From: Camelus dromedarius
Taxonomy: Eukaryota
Length of the DNA stretch: 64,000 bases
Assembly (NCBI RefSeq): GCF_036321535.1
Contig: NC_087436.1
Span: forward strand, 92,072,001-92,136,000
Direction of reading: 5' to 3'
Position 1 is the stretch's first letter; every line of letters starts with the position of its first letter. The notes beneath the pieces were generated by a model, which ran no database searches, was not told the DNA's origin, and saw nothing but the letters and a program-made list of their open reading frames with translations. This document shows, piece after piece, positions 61,534 through 64,000 of this stretch. The translations under genes and the position numbers were made by a program.

Positions 61534-63449
61534 TCCTCAACCACACGTTTAGCTATCAACCACAGTTAAAGAGCATTTGGTTAGAGGTTTCAGTGCCCCA
61601 AATGATCTTCAACTAACAAAGCATTGGGACTAATTTAAAATTCTGCAAAACAACCTAATGTGAAATATGTGTAACATTGATTTTGAACACTAAAATTGCA
61701 CAGGACAATACACTAAAGCATTCAAATCTAACAGAAAAAAAATCGATATTATCTCTTAATAAAGGGATTTCACCCCAAAGGTTAAATAAAAACAAACCAA
61801 CAAACAGAACAGAATCACAGAACTTGAGAATGGTGACTTTCAAAAGCATTAATTGGGTGATACCAGCTCCATTGTACATTTATTTAAAAATATTGACTGT
61901 GCATCTGCTATATGCCAGGCACGGTTCTCTGAACTGGTGATGCAGTGGTGAATAAAACAGACCAAAAAATAATTTCTGCCACTATGGAGATACTCTTCTA
62001 ATGGACACTTTGAGCATTTTTACCCATATTTACCCAAAGTTGGGCTCAATAAACCTCAGAATGAGGGGAACATCAAAATAAACTTAACTCTCTACTAGAA
62101 CTAATTGCACTTTTTTTCCCTGAATTTATGGAGCTTATGAAAAGCTAGACTAGATTGTGCCATGCTGAATCATTCTTCCCTCACAAACAACCCTGTGGCA
62201 ACCAGGAGAATGAAAAAATATCGAGAATATATCTTCAAGTGGAAAGAGAGTTAAGAGGTTAGAACCCATATGAAAGAAACGTTTTCTCTCTAGGAGATTT
62301 GAAATGTTCGGTGAAAGCAGTTTATCCCATGGCAATATTGAATGGAGCAACTGAATCAGAGTTGCCTGAGCTTTCCCCATCCAGAGGTATTCTACACTGA
62401 AGTTCTCGCCCATTTACCCCCCAAGGTGCCTAACTTGGCTTCAGCGTCTGACCTTTGGAGGTGATGAAAATGTTTGAGGGGATCAAATGAATCAGCTGTC
62501 TTTTGGTCCAACCCCTCCTCCTCCTCCACTTTTTGCCTCTATCAAAGCAAGTACCTTCTCTTCTTTCCATCCTGCCTGTCTTCTCCACCTCATTAAATCC
62601 CCTGTAAAGATGGCAGAAGGGCACAAGTCCAAATGGTTCCATTTCATTTACAACTGTGAAGAAGGAAATTGACTGTAAAGTTTTTACGTGCACGGGTTCA
62701 CTGTATTTTTTGGAATACAGTTATATCTGAGAATGTCATTCTAAGAAGGTTATTAAGGAAATTGCTGAAATAAATTACAGTGATAAGCAAACTGCTGGAA
62801 AAAATAATAGGTGATTAAATTAGCAAATCTGGTTCATTGGCCTGCTGAGATTTATTCTTAAAAATGAACATCTAATTAGGGTGCTGCTGCACTTTGTAAA
62901 ATGACTCACTTTTTGTTTGCTTCCAGAACTGAATTACTTCAAGGTTTATGTGTTCTTTCAGTAAAACAAAGGTGAGGCTTCGTTGACAGACCTGTGGTTT
63001 TCAGATTCCGCTTCCATTAGCAATTTGCCCTCAGTAAAGCCCTCTCAAATTCCTCACTGACCTCTCCCTTCCATCTAATTTTCTCCCTCCTTCCTAAACA
63101 TGTAATATTGGTCCTAGTTAAAGAGGCATCCATCCTGAACACAGGATCTCTATTCCCTTGCCATATAAAACCTTAAAGTGTTTCTAAACATATTTGGGAC
63201 ATCTTCCTATACTTTTAGAAAGAGCTCACAAAGTTTCCTCTTTTATTTGGGGGGAGGACGGGTTGTGCTCAGAGCAAATGTATACAGTACTACATAACAA
63301 ACCGTGAACTACACATAAATTGCAGAAAGCACCTAAGGGCTTCTGCTAACAAACGCATATTTTTTACAGGGCTCCAGTGGAACCAGATACTTCAATAAAG
63401 CAGCCAGTGCCTTGTAAGCTATATTAATTGTCAGACTTCTCCGACCCCC

Positions 63450-63730
63450 ATACCTGAAAAAGCACCCTGACCCTGCCCCCACCTGTTACCCCACCCCTCA
63501 TTATCAATCTCCTTATCTTCTGGAAATTTCTTTCATAGCATTTATCATTACCTGAAAGTACACTGTGCATTTCTTTAGTTATATATTTGCTTGATTACTA
63601 TCTGCCTTTCCAAAGGGACTGCAAGTTCCAGGAAGGCAGGAATTTTGGATTGTTCCTGCTGTATACTCAGCTTCTAGAAATATCCCTGGCACATAACAGG
63701 TGCTCTATTTATTTCTGTTAAGTAAAGGAA
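63450..63730 (+). mobile_element. L2 3' end
   Basis: tctttcatagcatttatcattacctgaa...ccctggcacataacaggtgctc. Confidence 0.8.
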
Positions 63731-63854
63731 AGACATAAAGAAGAAAAGGACAGCAGGAAATAGTGGTGAAGAAAACTGGGTTTGGAGTCAGAAGGTCCCG
63801 AGTTGCAGCACAGCTTTGGTGCTTCTTTTGTGGCTGTTGTTTTGTTGTTTTGGT

Positions 63855-64000
63855 TGTCTTTCTATTCCAGCTTTATTGAGGAATAATTAACAATAAAACT
63901 AAGATATTTAAAGCATACAACATGATGATGATTTGATCTGCATATACATTGTGAAAGAGTTTCCCATATCAAATCAATTAACACATTCCATCACCTTACA
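63855..64000 (-). mobile_element. L1MA/MB 3' terminus (runs off the window)
   Basis: ccagctttattgagg...catatacattgtgaaa...attaacacattccatcacc. Confidence 0.85.

Larger units (their letters stand above)
27315..64000 (-). other. GRXCR1: GRXCR1 intron 1 (partial; probably continues past the window end)
   Basis: Ends in a polypyrimidine tract plus CAG. I saw no exon 1 sequence (RPRKVRFRIASSHSGRVL) and no promoter-like CpG island. Confidence 0.8.

Noticed and set aside
1..64000. CRISPR arrays, operons, rRNA/snRNA genes, processed pseudogenes, NUMTs or non-retroviral viral inserts
   Set aside because: Mammalian intronic DNA; I recognised no repeat-spacer array and no sequence of these classes, though short diverged fragments could be missed without a database search.

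Overview
AT-rich mammalian genomic DNA, most likely from a camelid: it carries a tRNA-Ala-derived Vic-1-like SINE at 44641-44796, and I recognised no Alu, B1/B2 or Bov-type SINEs. The window appears to lie entirely inside the hair-cell gene GRXCR1 (minus strand). The only coding sequence I can support is one 243-nt internal exon (27072-27314, orthologous to human exon 2, glutaredoxin-like domain) with canonical AG/GT boundaries; I did not find exons 1, 3 or 4. The rest is intron dominated by interspersed repeats (L1 of several ages, L2, CR1/L3, MIR, MaLR/ERVL/ERV1 LTRs, hAT and Tc1/mariner-type MITEs) and microsatellites. Repeat family names are from recalled consensus sequences, and boundaries are approximate unless a target-site duplication (TSD) is given. 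Nearly all ORFs in the supplied track are chance or decayed-repeat ORFs. I found no convincing novel biological system. The best leads are a latent splice donor matching a human DFNB25 mutation site, candidate CTCF/RFX/POU4F sites, a perfect 15-bp hairpin, structurally odd L1/MaLR copies and a 303-codon antisense ORF.
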